This document shows, in pieces, positions 9,809 to 18,785 of a stretch of 64,000 bases of DNA (its first letter is position 1; each line of letters starts with the position of its first letter). This stretch comes from Patescibacteria group bacterium. Its GTDB lineage: Bacteria > Patescibacteriota > Microgenomatia > Levybacterales > UBA12049. A model generated the notes under the pieces. That model did no database searches. It was given only the letters and a program-made list of their open reading frames with translations, and was not told where the DNA came from. The position numbers and the translations under genes were made by a program. The stretch is taken from positions 1,000 to 64,999 of the forward strand of contig JAMCZC010000002.1 in NCBI GenBank assembly GCA_023485865.1. The letters are read 5' to 3'.

Positions 9809-10237
9809 ATGAAGTTTCAATTTTCAGCGGGCGGAGTAGTTTATAAGAAAAAAAACGGCGAGACTTTTATTTTGGTTGCCCAGCATTCCCAACATCACGG
9901 CTGGGTTTTCCCAAAAGGATTAATCGGCGATCATGTTGAAAACGAAGATAAAAACGAAACCGCCTTAAGGGAAGTTGAGGAAGAAACCGGAGTCCGTGGT
10001 AAAATTATAAAAACATTAAGCCCTACCGACTATTGGTATGTTTTTGAAGGCGAAAAAATAAAGAAAACAGTTTATTATTATTTAATGACTGTTGTTTCCG
10101 AAGACATAACGAAACATGACAAAGAAATGGAAAACGTAGAATGGCTATCTGCCGAAAAGGTGGAACAAAGATTAACCTATCCATCTGAAAAAAGAGTCTG
10201 GCAGGAAGCCTTAAAAATTTTAAATTTGAAATTTTAA
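9809..10237 (+). CDS. NUDIX hydrolase (Ap4A hydrolase-like)
   Basis: SAGGVV, WVFPKG, TALREVEEETG Nudix box. Confidence 0.88.
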   Translation: MKFQFSAGGVVYKKKNGETFILVAQHSQHHGWVFPKGLIGDHVENEDKNETALREVEEETGVRGKIIKTLSPTDYWYVFEGEKIKKTVYYYLMTVVSEDITKHDKEMENVEWLSAEKVEQRLTYPSEKRVWQEALKILNLKF

Positions 10238-10253
10238 ATTTGAAATTGAACTT

Positions 10254-10340
10254 GGTGGGATGTCCGAGTGGTTTAAGGAGCACGCTTGGAGAGCGTGTAT
10301 GGTCGCAAGATCATCCCGGGTTCGAATCCCGGTCCCACCG
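10254..10340 (+). tRNA. tRNA-Ser(GGA)
   Basis: Acceptor GGTGGGA/TCCCACC, arm CACGC-TTGGAGA-GCGTG, long variable arm. Confidence 0.93.
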
Positions 10341-10377
10341 CAAGTAAAACTTAGCTGGTACGTTCGATGCACCGCAC

Positions 10378-10983
10378 TTAAACGCCTTCAAGAGGGAAAT
10401 TTTTGGATAGCCAATCGGCTGATTTATCCATAAAAGTCGGTTTAATATATTCCCTGTAGGGAAGGAAAGGCAAAAGTACGGATTTAACGTGTTCTTCGCT
10501 TATATCTCCCAAAGTTATTGTTAACTCGCCCGGTATAAAAGCATGGGTTCTGACGTGTAAAATATCAATGCCATTTCTTTTTTTAAAATAAAAATCGTAA
10601 AGCTCCTGCCACAAGAAAAAATGATCTTCCACAGTTATTCCTTCAGTGCTAATTCTATAGTGAAAATCTCTGGGCGGAACAGTAGCCAGGGCAAAGGCCA
10701 CAAAAACGAGAGACAAAACAACGAGCATTAACATATATTGGGAAAAAAGAAAAAGAATTACCTCGACAAAAAGCATAATTAAAAGACTGGTTAAGTAATA
10801 CTGTTTTGTCCTTTTTTTAAAAGGCCTACCGGGAGCTGTCCAGGAAAGCAAAGTTTTAACCTCGTTTGGAACGTGATTTTGCAAAAAATCAGGAGCTCTT
10901 TGGGTTTCGTTCAGTTTTCCGCCAGAGGCGGATTTCACTTTCGCCGAGTCAGACTCGGCTTTGTTCAATTTTTGAGCAGCCAT
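10378..10983 (-). CDS. Conserved CPR membrane protein (DUF5673/PH-like)
   Basis: LLSWTAP...two TM helices...YRISTEGITV...FFLWQEL. Confidence 0.6.
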   Translation of the reverse strand: MAAQKLNKAESDSAKVKSASGGKLNETQRAPDFLQNHVPNEVKTLLSWTAPGRPFKKRTKQYYLTSLLIMLFVEVILFLFSQYMLMLVVLSLVFVAFALATVPPRDFHYRISTEGITVEDHFFLWQELYDFYFKKRNGIDILHVRTHAFIPGELTITLGDISEEHVKSVLLPFLPYREYIKPTFMDKSADWLSKNFPLEGV

Positions 10984-11033
10984 AGTTTTACTTTATATCA
11001 ATAAAAATTTTAAGTCAACTGCGACGCTTGGCG

Positions 11034-11123
11034 TGGCGGAGAGGGTGAGATTCGAACTCACGGCTACCTATTGGCAACAAAGGTTTTCAAGACCTTCTCC
11101 TTAAGCCACTCGGACACCTCTCC
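11034..11123 (-). tRNA. tRNA-Ser(TGA)
   Basis: Reverse complement GGAGAGG...AAGGT-CTTGAAA-ACCTT...CCTCTCCGCCA, long variable arm. Confidence 0.93.
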
Positions 11124-11177
11124 TTAGCTTAATATTATAATTCAACTAAAGGTCGATTGCTAGAAGCTAGAGGCTGA

Positions 11178-12986
11178 CTACCTGCTGGCTCTTAAAGCGT
11201 TAATTATTACCGCAACGTCAATCGCTTCCTGGATAAACGCCCCGCCGATTGGGGGAATTAGGCCAAAAGAGGCTAAAACCATTCCCAAAACACTTATACC
11301 AATTCCCCAAAAAATGCTTTGTTTTGCAATATAAATTGTTTTTTTGGCAATATTTAGCGAATCAAGAACTAGTGAAAAATTACCGCCTAAAAAGACAATA
11401 TCGGCCGCTTCCGAAGCCGCGGTTTGTTCTTCGTTACTAAAAACCATACCAACGTCTGCTAAGGCTAGGGCCGGCGCGTCATTTATTCCGTCTCCGACCA
11501 TTGCGGTAATTTTTCCCTGTTTTTTTAGCTCGTGGATTCCTTTTTGCTTGTCTTCCGGAGCGCACTCGGCTTTTACAATGACATCTCTGCCTAATTGCGC
11601 GGCTACCTTATCTGCAGCTTCTTTTTTATCCCCGGTAAAAATAAAAATCTGAAACCCGGCCTTTTTGAGGTTGGTAATTATATTTTTTGAATCCTGTTTT
11701 ATTTCGTCTTCAAATCTAAAAATTCCGATGGATTTATTATTCTCCAAAATTTCGATTGCCATGCCGTCTGCCGATTTTAACTTGGAAAGAGTGTATTTTT
11801 CGCCGTTTACCGTTCCTGATATTCCAACCCCTACCTTTTCTTGGATTTTTTCAGCGTGGATAACATTTGCATTTTTTTCTTTGGCAAAGTTAACTATAGC
11901 TTTGGCTAAAGGATGCAAAGAGTTTCTTTCGATGCTTTCGGCAATTGCCAAAAGCTCTTTGTCCGTATAGTTTTTGGCTGAATTTTTGAATTCAAGTACT
12001 CTGGGTTTGCCAAGTGTTATGGTACCTGTTTTATCAAAAATCAGTGCCTGGGTACGGGATAGGATTTCAATGCTGGCTAACTTTTTAACGATAATGTGTT
12101 TTTTTGAGGCCGAATTTACTCCTCCCAAAAGCGCAATCGGTGTTGCAATAATTAAAGGACAGGGTGTTGCAATAGCCAAAACTGCCAAGGCCCTGGTTAA
12201 ATCAAAACCCGAGTAAATATATGAAAATCCGGTTATAATTAAAGTGACAAGAGTAAAAATTCCGCTGTATTTATCTGCCATTCTAACCAGCGGTGATTTT
12301 TCGTCCTGCGCCTTTTTAACCATATCGATAATCTTGTTGTAGGTTGAGTCCGCCTGGACTTTGGTTATTTTTATAACTATCGGGTCGCCGATATTAATGG
12401 TTCCGCTTCTGATACTGTCGCCTTTTATTTTTTCAATCGTATAGGGCTCGCCTGTTAAGGAGGATTCGTCGGTTAAGCCGGCCTCGGATTCTAAAATTCC
12501 GTCGAGCCCGATTACTTCGCCTTTTCTGATTAAGACGAAATCGCCTATTTTTACTTTGCCGATAGTTATTTTTGCCCCGGCCCTGGCGCCTGTCCCGTTT
12601 GACGGGATTTCCCACAAAATTACTTCGCTTGGAATTCTTTCCGCCAGTTTTGTCAGGGACTTTTTAGCTTGGGCAACGCCGTAATCTTCCAGGGTTCTGC
12701 CCGAGGAAATCATCAAGGCCAAAATTGAGGCAACGAGATATTCTTTGGTAATTAAAGAAACGACAATTGCCAAAATTGCAATGTAATCCAGAGCAAAGCG
12801 TTTTTTTAAAAGATTTAAGAATGTTTCCTTAAAAAGTCTGTAGCTTCCCAAAATTGTGACAAGAATGGCAATTATTACTGCGGGAGTGTTTTGCTTTAAA
12901 AGCTCTAAGGCAACATATAAAACGATGCCAAAAAGAATTATCGCGGGGACTTTGAAAGTGTTGAGCAGAGCAGTTTTGTTGTTCAT
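11178..12986 (-). CDS. Heavy-metal translocating P1B-type ATPase
   Basis: TPCPL, DKTGT, HPLA, GDGINDAPAL motifs. Confidence 0.93.
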   Translation of the reverse strand: MNNKTALLNTFKVPAIILFGIVLYVALELLKQNTPAVIIAILVTILGSYRLFKETFLNLLKKRFALDYIAILAIVVSLITKEYLVASILALMISSGRTLEDYGVAQAKKSLTKLAERIPSEVILWEIPSNGTGARAGAKITIGKVKIGDFVLIRKGEVIGLDGILESEAGLTDESSLTGEPYTIEKIKGDSIRSGTINIGDPIVIKITKVQADSTYNKIIDMVKKAQDEKSPLVRMADKYSGIFTLVTLIITGFSYIYSGFDLTRALAVLAIATPCPLIIATPIALLGGVNSASKKHIIVKKLASIEILSRTQALIFDKTGTITLGKPRVLEFKNSAKNYTDKELLAIAESIERNSLHPLAKAIVNFAKEKNANVIHAEKIQEKVGVGISGTVNGEKYTLSKLKSADGMAIEILENNKSIGIFRFEDEIKQDSKNIITNLKKAGFQIFIFTGDKKEAADKVAAQLGRDVIVKAECAPEDKQKGIHELKKQGKITAMVGDGINDAPALALADVGMVFSNEEQTAASEAADIVFLGGNFSLVLDSLNIAKKTIYIAKQSIFWGIGISVLGMVLASFGLIPPIGGAFIQEAIDVAVIINALRASR

Positions 12987-12999
12987 AGAAAAGAGGACT

Positions 13000-13093
13000 T
13001 GGCGGAGGAGGTGAGATTCGAACTCACGCGAGCCTTATTCAGGCTCAAGGGTTTAGCAAACCCTCGCAATGGACCATGCTATGCGACTCCTCC
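13000..13093 (-). tRNA. tRNA-Ser(GCT)
   Basis: Reverse complement GGAGGAG...AGGGT-TTGCTAA-ACCCT...CTCCTCCGCCA. Confidence 0.93.
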
Positions 13094-13124
13094 TTTTGGT
13101 CTTTTCGATTATACCACCAAACAG

Positions 13125-13685
13125 TTAAATTTCGTACGAGTAGATTTTGCTGGGGGTGTGCTCAAAAGAACACATTTCGTCAATTGTTATGTGCTCAAAA
13201 TATCTTCGCATCGGCCTTAAAGAGTTGCCGTGGGCCGAAATAAAAATAACATCATCTTTTTTCCAAGTTGGAATAACATCATTTAAAAACTCCAAAACCC
13301 GTTTTTCTACATCTTTTATGCTCTCTCCGCCGGCCGGGGGAACATCATATGAGCGGTGCCACTGTTTATACTGTTCGGGGCTTTGTTTTTCTATTTCAAT
13401 CTTACTTTTGCCCGTTAAGTCACCGTAGTCCCGCTCTTTAATCCTTGCATCGGTGATTATTTCTACATTTTTGTGCCAGCCGTTTAAAACAAGTTCCAGG
13501 GTGTGCTGAGATCTGATTAAATCAGATTGATAAGCTTTGGTTACTTTTTCGTTTTTTAATTTCTCCGCTATTCCTTTTACTTCTTCAATGCCTTCCGGTG
13601 TTAAATCGCTTTGCCTAAAACCCGAAAAGATTTTTTCTTTGTTGTCAAAAGTCTGACCGTGCCGAAAAACAAAAATTTTTGCCAT
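13125..13685 (-). CDS. gpmA: Histidine phosphatase / 2,3-BPG-dependent phosphoglycerate mutase
   Basis: RHG motif, ERDYGDLTG, SAHGNSLR. Confidence 0.75.
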   Translation of the reverse strand: MAKIFVFRHGQTFDNKEKIFSGFRQSDLTPEGIEEVKGIAEKLKNEKVTKAYQSDLIRSQHTLELVLNGWHKNVEIITDARIKERDYGDLTGKSKIEIEKQSPEQYKQWHRSYDVPPAGGESIKDVEKRVLEFLNDVIPTWKKDDVIFISAHGNSLRPMRRYFEHITIDEMCSFEHTPSKIYSYEI

Positions 13686-13792
13686 TTTTATTAGCAACTA
13701 GCAAATAGCATTTAGCAACTAGTTAAGAAATAATATAAACTAATTTACAACAACTAGCAATTAGTTAACTAAAGGCTAGTGGCTAGAAGCTG

Positions 13793-14500
13793 ATGGCTAA
13801 TTTTCTTGATTTTATTTTTCCCAAAAAATGCGTTTCTTGCAAAAAATTAGGCAGTTATCTTTGCGAAAATTGTTTTGCCTATCTTTCTTTTGATGCAAAT
13901 AGTCTTTGTCTTGTTTGTGATAAGCCTTCTTACAATGGCCTAACTCATCCAATCTGTCGAAAAAAATATACGATTGACGGCTGTTTTTCCGCGCTTTCCT
14001 ATAATAAAACTGCGCAAAAACTGATTTATAATTTTAAATACAAGCCTTACTTAACAGATTTAAAAACTGTTCTGGCTGATTTATTTTACGAAAGCTTAAT
14101 TCAAAACGAAAATTTCAACAAAGAATTGGAAAAAGGAGAATGGGCTTTTGTCCCGATTCCGCTTTTTGCCTCAAAATTTCGTAAAAGAGGCTATAACCAA
14201 GCGGAAATTCTGGCAAAAGAATTATCTAAAAACTTTAATTCTAAAACTATGAATATTCTCAAAAGAACAAGAGATACAAAAACGCAAGTAGGACTTTCAA
14301 ATATAGACAGGAAACTTAACATCAAAGATGCATTCGAATTAAATTCATCATTTATCATTAATCATTTATCACTGAAAAATGCAAACATTTTTCTTGTTGA
14401 TGATGTGGTTACAACCGGCGCGACTCTTTTGGAAGCTGCAAAAATCCTTAAAAAAGCAGGGGCAAAAAGAGTGATTGGCCTAACTCTTGCGAGAGATTGA
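13793..14500 (+). CDS. comF: ComF family competence protein
   Basis: N-terminal Zn fingers, RGYNQA, LVDDVVTTGATL. Confidence 0.92.
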   Translation: MANFLDFIFPKKCVSCKKLGSYLCENCFAYLSFDANSLCLVCDKPSYNGLTHPICRKKYTIDGCFSALSYNKTAQKLIYNFKYKPYLTDLKTVLADLFYESLIQNENFNKELEKGEWAFVPIPLFASKFRKRGYNQAEILAKELSKNFNSKTMNILKRTRDTKTQVGLSNIDRKLNIKDAFELNSSFIINHLSLKNANIFLVDDVVTTGATLLEAAKILKKAGAKRVIGLTLARD

Positions 14501-14501
14501 A

Positions 14502-14864
14502 TTAGGCGGTGTCTGGTATTTCAGGAGTTGGTTTAGGCAGTTTTCTTGCAATGAATGAATCCAGCGCTTGTTCTAAGGCAGCGTCTATTTCTTCTTCGCC
14601 TAAGCCTGTTTTTTGTAATGCGGAGGATTTGCCATCAAGAAAATAAGCGGCTTCTGTCAATAATACAATAGCATTTGGTGTTATATTTGTTCCTGTAATT
14701 TCAATCGGAACAAATTTAGAATCTGCAGTTTTTGGTTGTCCTTCGGCTATGGCGACAATGCCGGGAATAGCAGTTGCGGCCAGTTGATAAAATGGAACAT
14801 CTTTTGAAGCAATTAAGTATGGGAATCGTACCGTGTGCAAACCATCTGCAACTGCCTCTGTCAT
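14502..14864 (-). CDS. Hypothetical protein
   Basis: ORF; probable start MTEAV at 14864, 6 nt after TATAAT. Confidence 0.55.
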   Translation of the reverse strand: MTEAVADGLHTVRFPYLIASKDVPFYQLAATAIPGIVAIAEGQPKTADSKFVPIEITGTNITPNAIVLLTEAAYFLDGKSSALQKTGLGEEEIDAALEQALDSFIARKLPKPTPEIPDTA

Positions 14865-15047
14865 GAAGTAATTATAGTTAGGCCTTGTCCCTTCGTCAAG
14901 CAATTAATAAACCCCTCGTAATCAAATTAAATGTTAATTTCCATCAGATCTGAATTAGCTTCGCAAGGCGAGGCCTTGCGAAGCTGGATGTCAAAACGGC
15001 GCAAAATTTGCATTTCTATATAGAAAAGTGATATAATGCTAAGCATT

Positions 15048-15409
15048 GGGGATGCATTGCATCGACAAGATTCGCACTTTAAAAACTGCAAGCCGACAAC
15101 GACTAAATGTCGCAAAACTAGTCAAAATATAAATGCTAATCGTCAAGATTATGCACGCGCTTACGCATTTGCCTAATAACAAATTCGTAATGAGCTGTTC
15201 ATAAAGTCTTTTCTCAGCGGGACTTTTTGAGCATAAATACAGTTGAGAAATTAATAAGGAGGCCGATTAGTTCCTTATCAAATTTATAATCTTGGTTTTA
15301 TTTATTCCCTTCTATTGGAAAAGAATAGAACGACTTTTAAAAGTAGAATAAGCTTGTAGAAGTTTTTAAAATGTTTTCTTGGACTCCGGTTCATTGCCGG
15401 ACATCTCCA
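15048..15409 (+). ncRNA. ssrA: tmRNA; tag peptide ANRQDYARAYAFA (15135-15176)
   Basis: 5' GGGGATG...ATCGAC, resume context ATAAAT-GCT, tag ending AFA-stop, 3' T-arm CCGG-TTCATTG-CCGG and CATCTCCA; adjacent to smpB. Confidence 0.93.
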
Positions 15410-15414
15410 CAAAT

Positions 15415-15441
15415 AAAACCGCTCGAAAGGGCGGTTTTTTA
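15415..15441. terminator. Probably bidirectional intrinsic terminator between ssrA and smpB
   Basis: AAAACCGCTC-GAAA-GGGCGGTTTTTT. Confidence 0.8.
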
Positions 15442-15458
15442 TTGACGAACGAATAAAT

Positions 15459-15893
15459 TTAGCTTGAAAGGTCGGTTTCCAACTCTCTTTGCAGGTCTTT
15501 TTTCTTAATACTTTGCTTTTTATCATATTTTTTCTTGCCTTTTCCTAAAGCCAGCTCAACTTTTACAAGATGGGATTTTAAATATAAAGATAAAGGGACA
15601 ATGCTTAAATTTTGACTGTCCATTTTTGATTTTAAAGCAATTATTTCGCTTTTGTGTAAGAGCAGTTTCCTGGTTCTTTTTTCGTCATAGTCATCACTTC
15701 TTGCATTCTCGTAAGGAAAAATTTTGGCATTAATTAAATATGCCTCACTGCCTATAATTTTAACAAAACTGCCGGTTAAATCGGCGTGTCCCAAACGGAT
15801 TGCTTTTACTTCCTGGCCATATAAATTAATCCCGGCTTCAAAGCGGTCTAAAACTTCAAAATTAAAAAAAGCTTTTCGGTTGGTTATCTTCAT
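15459..15893 (-). CDS. smpB: SsrA-binding protein
   Basis: NRKAFFNFEV, EAGINLYGQEVKAIR, RTRKLLLHK, GKGKKKYDK. Confidence 0.96.
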   Translation of the reverse strand: MKITNRKAFFNFEVLDRFEAGINLYGQEVKAIRLGHADLTGSFVKIIGSEAYLINAKIFPYENARSDDYDEKRTRKLLLHKSEIIALKSKMDSQNLSIVPLSLYLKSHLVKVELALGKGKKKYDKKQSIKKKDLQRELETDLSS

Positions 15894-15970
15894 CCCGTTA
15901 GAAAGACCTCCTTTCAAGGCTTTTAATTAGAATTGTGCAATTTATATAAAAATAAAGCTTTCTAACGGGA
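15893..15970. mobile_element. MITE-like element inserted at the smpB start codon, TTCA target duplication
   Basis: TTCA|TCCCGTTAGAAAG...CTTTCTAACGGGA|TTCA. Confidence 0.78.
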
Positions 15971-16073
15971 TTCATTAGCCAATAATACCACACTTCGCTG
16001 TTTTACAGCTACGAGCGGCAGGCTTCAAAAGAGGCCAAGTGGCAATTTACCCTGTACCTAAGTGGTGCGGGGT

Positions 16074-17888
16074 TTACTTAAGGTTGATTTGATAGATTTT
16101 GCCCGAGGAGAGAGTGTAAACCTTTTTACTGCCTTCCAAGACTTCAAAATCACTTGCATTTTTTAGAATATCGGCTTGGTACTGGGCTTTATAGGTACCA
16201 TTTTTATCTAATACTACAATTCTTGAATTGCCCTGGTCTAAAATATAAACATTGCTAAAATCAACAGTTGTGTAAATTCTTAAAGGATTTGAAAAACCCT
16301 TGTCAAGTCCGCTGACAGAAAAGGCATCCGCCTTTCCTTTGGTGAATTTTTCTATTGTTCCGTCTTTAAATAAAATCCAGATTGAGCCGTCAATTGTAAT
16401 TGAAACTGCCCCTGATAAATCAGGCGAAACACCGGAGGCAAAATAATTAGCTTGTCCAAACCCGCTTGAAGTTTGGATAAATTTATTTATTTGCTTTCCG
16501 TCTTTATCTAAAATGTAAACGTTGCCATAATAAATTCCTAACCCCCCGATATTTTTTGGCAAATCACTTGGTTTAATAATCACCTTTGCGTTTCCGCCTG
16601 ATTTACTTTGGGAAGAAATTCCGCTTGAATCCGCAAAATAAACATTCTTATCATCTTGGGTAACATAACTTACTCCTGAATTTTTTATCTCCGCGGACAA
16701 AATACTGCTGACACTATTCTCAACGCTTTGTGCCTTTACCAAATTAACCCCGGAAGAAGCACTAAGAGCTTGGTTTACTTTTTGCAGAAGTGCAAGAATT
16801 TGCTGTTCTTCTTTTGATTTTGGCGGGAATTTTGCTTTTCCGTCTTCAAGCATTTTTTGCGAGGCAGTAAAACTATCGTGAGCTAAATTTTGATTAAGGC
16901 TCAACAGGTTTTGTCCCTCATCGTATTTTTTCTGAGCCGGAGGATAAACCTGATTGAACAAAGCTAAAGTTTTTTCGTCGTTTTGTTTTTTTATGGCCAG
17001 AAAAATACTTGCGGCAAAAATGACGGCAATAATAACAGCGACGGTTAGCAAAAGCTTTTTAGAATGGCTAAAAGCCTCCATTTTAGGAAACTTGATTCTC
17101 TCAAAAATTGACGATAAGAAACCCCCTAATTTTGAGAAAACGCCGGAAGAGGCAATTGCTACGGCAGCTTGCGGTATTTCTCCCGTTTCTTCTTCCGTAA
17201 CCTCTTCGGGCAGAATAGCCGCTTCTTTTTCTATTACTCCAGATTTTACTTCTTCTTCAGCCTCTGCGGATTTTTCAGGGCCTTTATAAGCAAGAATTAT
17301 CGCGGCTGCTCCGGATTGCTCTTTTTCGTTTCCGTGGATTTTGGGAGCAAGAATCTCGGCGATTTCGCTTGGAGGCTGACTATCAAGAGAAGCGGCCAGT
17401 ACTTCTGACGCGATAATCTGGGTAAATTGTTGTGTTTGCAAGACTATAACATCGCCGTCTTGTAGAAATCCCGAAGCAGCCTTAACCGACGAGGGAAGGC
17501 CTTCTTCAACCTGTAAAATTGTTCCCAACTTACCCTCTCTTTTTACATCGATTTTGCCCTTCCCGAGAATAAAAGCGTATAAAAGATTATCAACGAGAGC
17601 GCAAATTACAAAAGAACAAAAAACGTCTTCAGGTATTTTTTTAGAGGTTACAAGGACGGCGTTTTTAATTGAATCCAAGTCTTTTGTTTCAAGGGTAAAA
17701 AATTCCTGTTCCAGATTGTCTAAAATCTCTTTCCCTAAGAGATTTAAAGCGTCTTTTTCTTCTAATTCTTCCTCGTTTCTTTCAAGCGACAAAACAGCGA
17801 AAAGCTTGCCCGCGTTGTAGGCCTGTGACCAGGAATAAGGAGTCGGGTTGGCGACAATTTTTGCAAAAGTAACGTTTGTTTCCGGCAT
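16074..17888 (-). CDS. Membrane-anchored protein: degenerate PP2C-like N-domain, TM helix, beta-propeller C-domain
   Basis: ASGFLQDGDVIVL (PP2C-like), single TM, NHL-like repeats (VYILDQGNSRIVVLD). Confidence 0.6.
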   Translation of the reverse strand: MPETNVTFAKIVANPTPYSWSQAYNAGKLFAVLSLERNEEELEEKDALNLLGKEILDNLEQEFFTLETKDLDSIKNAVLVTSKKIPEDVFCSFVICALVDNLLYAFILGKGKIDVKREGKLGTILQVEEGLPSSVKAASGFLQDGDVIVLQTQQFTQIIASEVLAASLDSQPPSEIAEILAPKIHGNEKEQSGAAAIILAYKGPEKSAEAEEEVKSGVIEKEAAILPEEVTEEETGEIPQAAVAIASSGVFSKLGGFLSSIFERIKFPKMEAFSHSKKLLLTVAVIIAVIFAASIFLAIKKQNDEKTLALFNQVYPPAQKKYDEGQNLLSLNQNLAHDSFTASQKMLEDGKAKFPPKSKEEQQILALLQKVNQALSASSGVNLVKAQSVENSVSSILSAEIKNSGVSYVTQDDKNVYFADSSGISSQSKSGGNAKVIIKPSDLPKNIGGLGIYYGNVYILDKDGKQINKFIQTSSGFGQANYFASGVSPDLSGAVSITIDGSIWILFKDGTIEKFTKGKADAFSVSGLDKGFSNPLRIYTTVDFSNVYILDQGNSRIVVLDKNGTYKAQYQADILKNASDFEVLEGSKKVYTLSSGKIYQINLK

Positions 17889-17891
17889 TTT

Positions 17892-18113
17892 CTATAGTAT
17901 AACAAGTGCTGTCAAAAAAAGCGAAAGTGCAAAAATAAGATGAGCTATAGAAGTGAAACTTAATATCCGCGACGAATTTGGTACATATACAATGGTATTC
18001 ATAGCTCTTATTTGATTAAAAACGACAAAAGCAAATACGCTATACATCCCAGTTACCAAAAGAAAAATTATTTTTATGATTAAATTAATGTTAAAAATGT
18101 TAAATAAGTCCAT
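17892..18113 (-). CDS. Small membrane protein (DUF5657-like)
   Basis: Two TM helices with the FAFVVFNQIRAM motif; in operon. Confidence 0.6.
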   Translation of the reverse strand: MDLFNIFNINLIIKIIFLLVTGMYSVFAFVVFNQIRAMNTIVYVPNSSRILSFTSIAHLIFALSLFLTALVIL

Positions 18114-18115
18114 GC

Positions 18116-18781
18116 TTATCCGCTTCCGTCCCCATGTCCGATAGAGTCTGAAATTATATGCGCTCCTCTTGCCGGGTTTGGCACGCCCAATGCTTCGAGA
18201 TTTTCCCTTCCTCCCGCAGTTTGCACGAAAATATCACCGTAATTAAACAAAGAACGAAAAAATCCGACCTTTGTGTAATTGACGTCTTCTACTAAGTTGA
18301 AATTTGTGAAAGCCACATCGTGGTATAAAAGATCGGAATAATCTATGTCGACTACCCCCAAATTAGTAATTAAGGTTATGTTGTAAAACCAATTTAAGAA
18401 ATGTAAAAAAGCGTAGGCAAAAACAAGCAGGTAATAAAAAGTTAATAAAAAGGGAATAAAATTACCCGGCACGAAAGAAAAGAGATTCGTAAACAGACTG
18501 GAGAAGGCAACTGCTAAGAAAGGGACAGAAATTAAGATGAGCGTAATAACTACCCACAGGAAATTGGTAATTAAATGAGCTCTTAAGAATAAAACGATTT
18601 CTTCGTGGGTTTTTTGATTTGCAAAAGTAACTCCGTGAGGTTTTTCCACATAAGCTTTAAAAAATCCCATTTTTTTACGGGTTGATTGAGGCGGCGGGTT
18701 ATCCTCAATTTTTGTGTGGGGCAGAGGCGTTTCTATTTTTTCTTTTTTAGTTTTTGCTTCCGCTACAAAAATATCCGGCAT
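18116..18781 (-). CDS. PH-domain (bPH_2) membrane protein
   Basis: LITNLGVVD, FNYGDIFVQTAG, VPNP motifs. Confidence 0.75.
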   Translation of the reverse strand: MPDIFVAEAKTKKEKIETPLPHTKIEDNPPPQSTRKKMGFFKAYVEKPHGVTFANQKTHEEIVLFLRAHLITNFLWVVITLILISVPFLAVAFSSLFTNLFSFVPGNFIPFLLTFYYLLVFAYAFLHFLNWFYNITLITNLGVVDIDYSDLLYHDVAFTNFNLVEDVNYTKVGFFRSLFNYGDIFVQTAGGRENLEALGVPNPARGAHIISDSIGHGDGSG

Positions 18782-18785
18782 ATAC

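Noticed and set aside
12999-13220. 73-aa ORF MAEEVRFELTR
   Set aside because: Antisense translation of tRNA-Ser(GCT); the same applies to ORFs 10023-10283 and 43590-43922 over tRNAs
14927-15526. Short minus-strand ORFs 14927-15115 and 15302-15526
   Set aside because: Overlap the tmRNA gene and terminator; shadow ORFs
15894-15917. SmpB N-terminal extension MKGGLSNG
   Set aside because: Derived from the MITE end; the true start is probably ATG 15893
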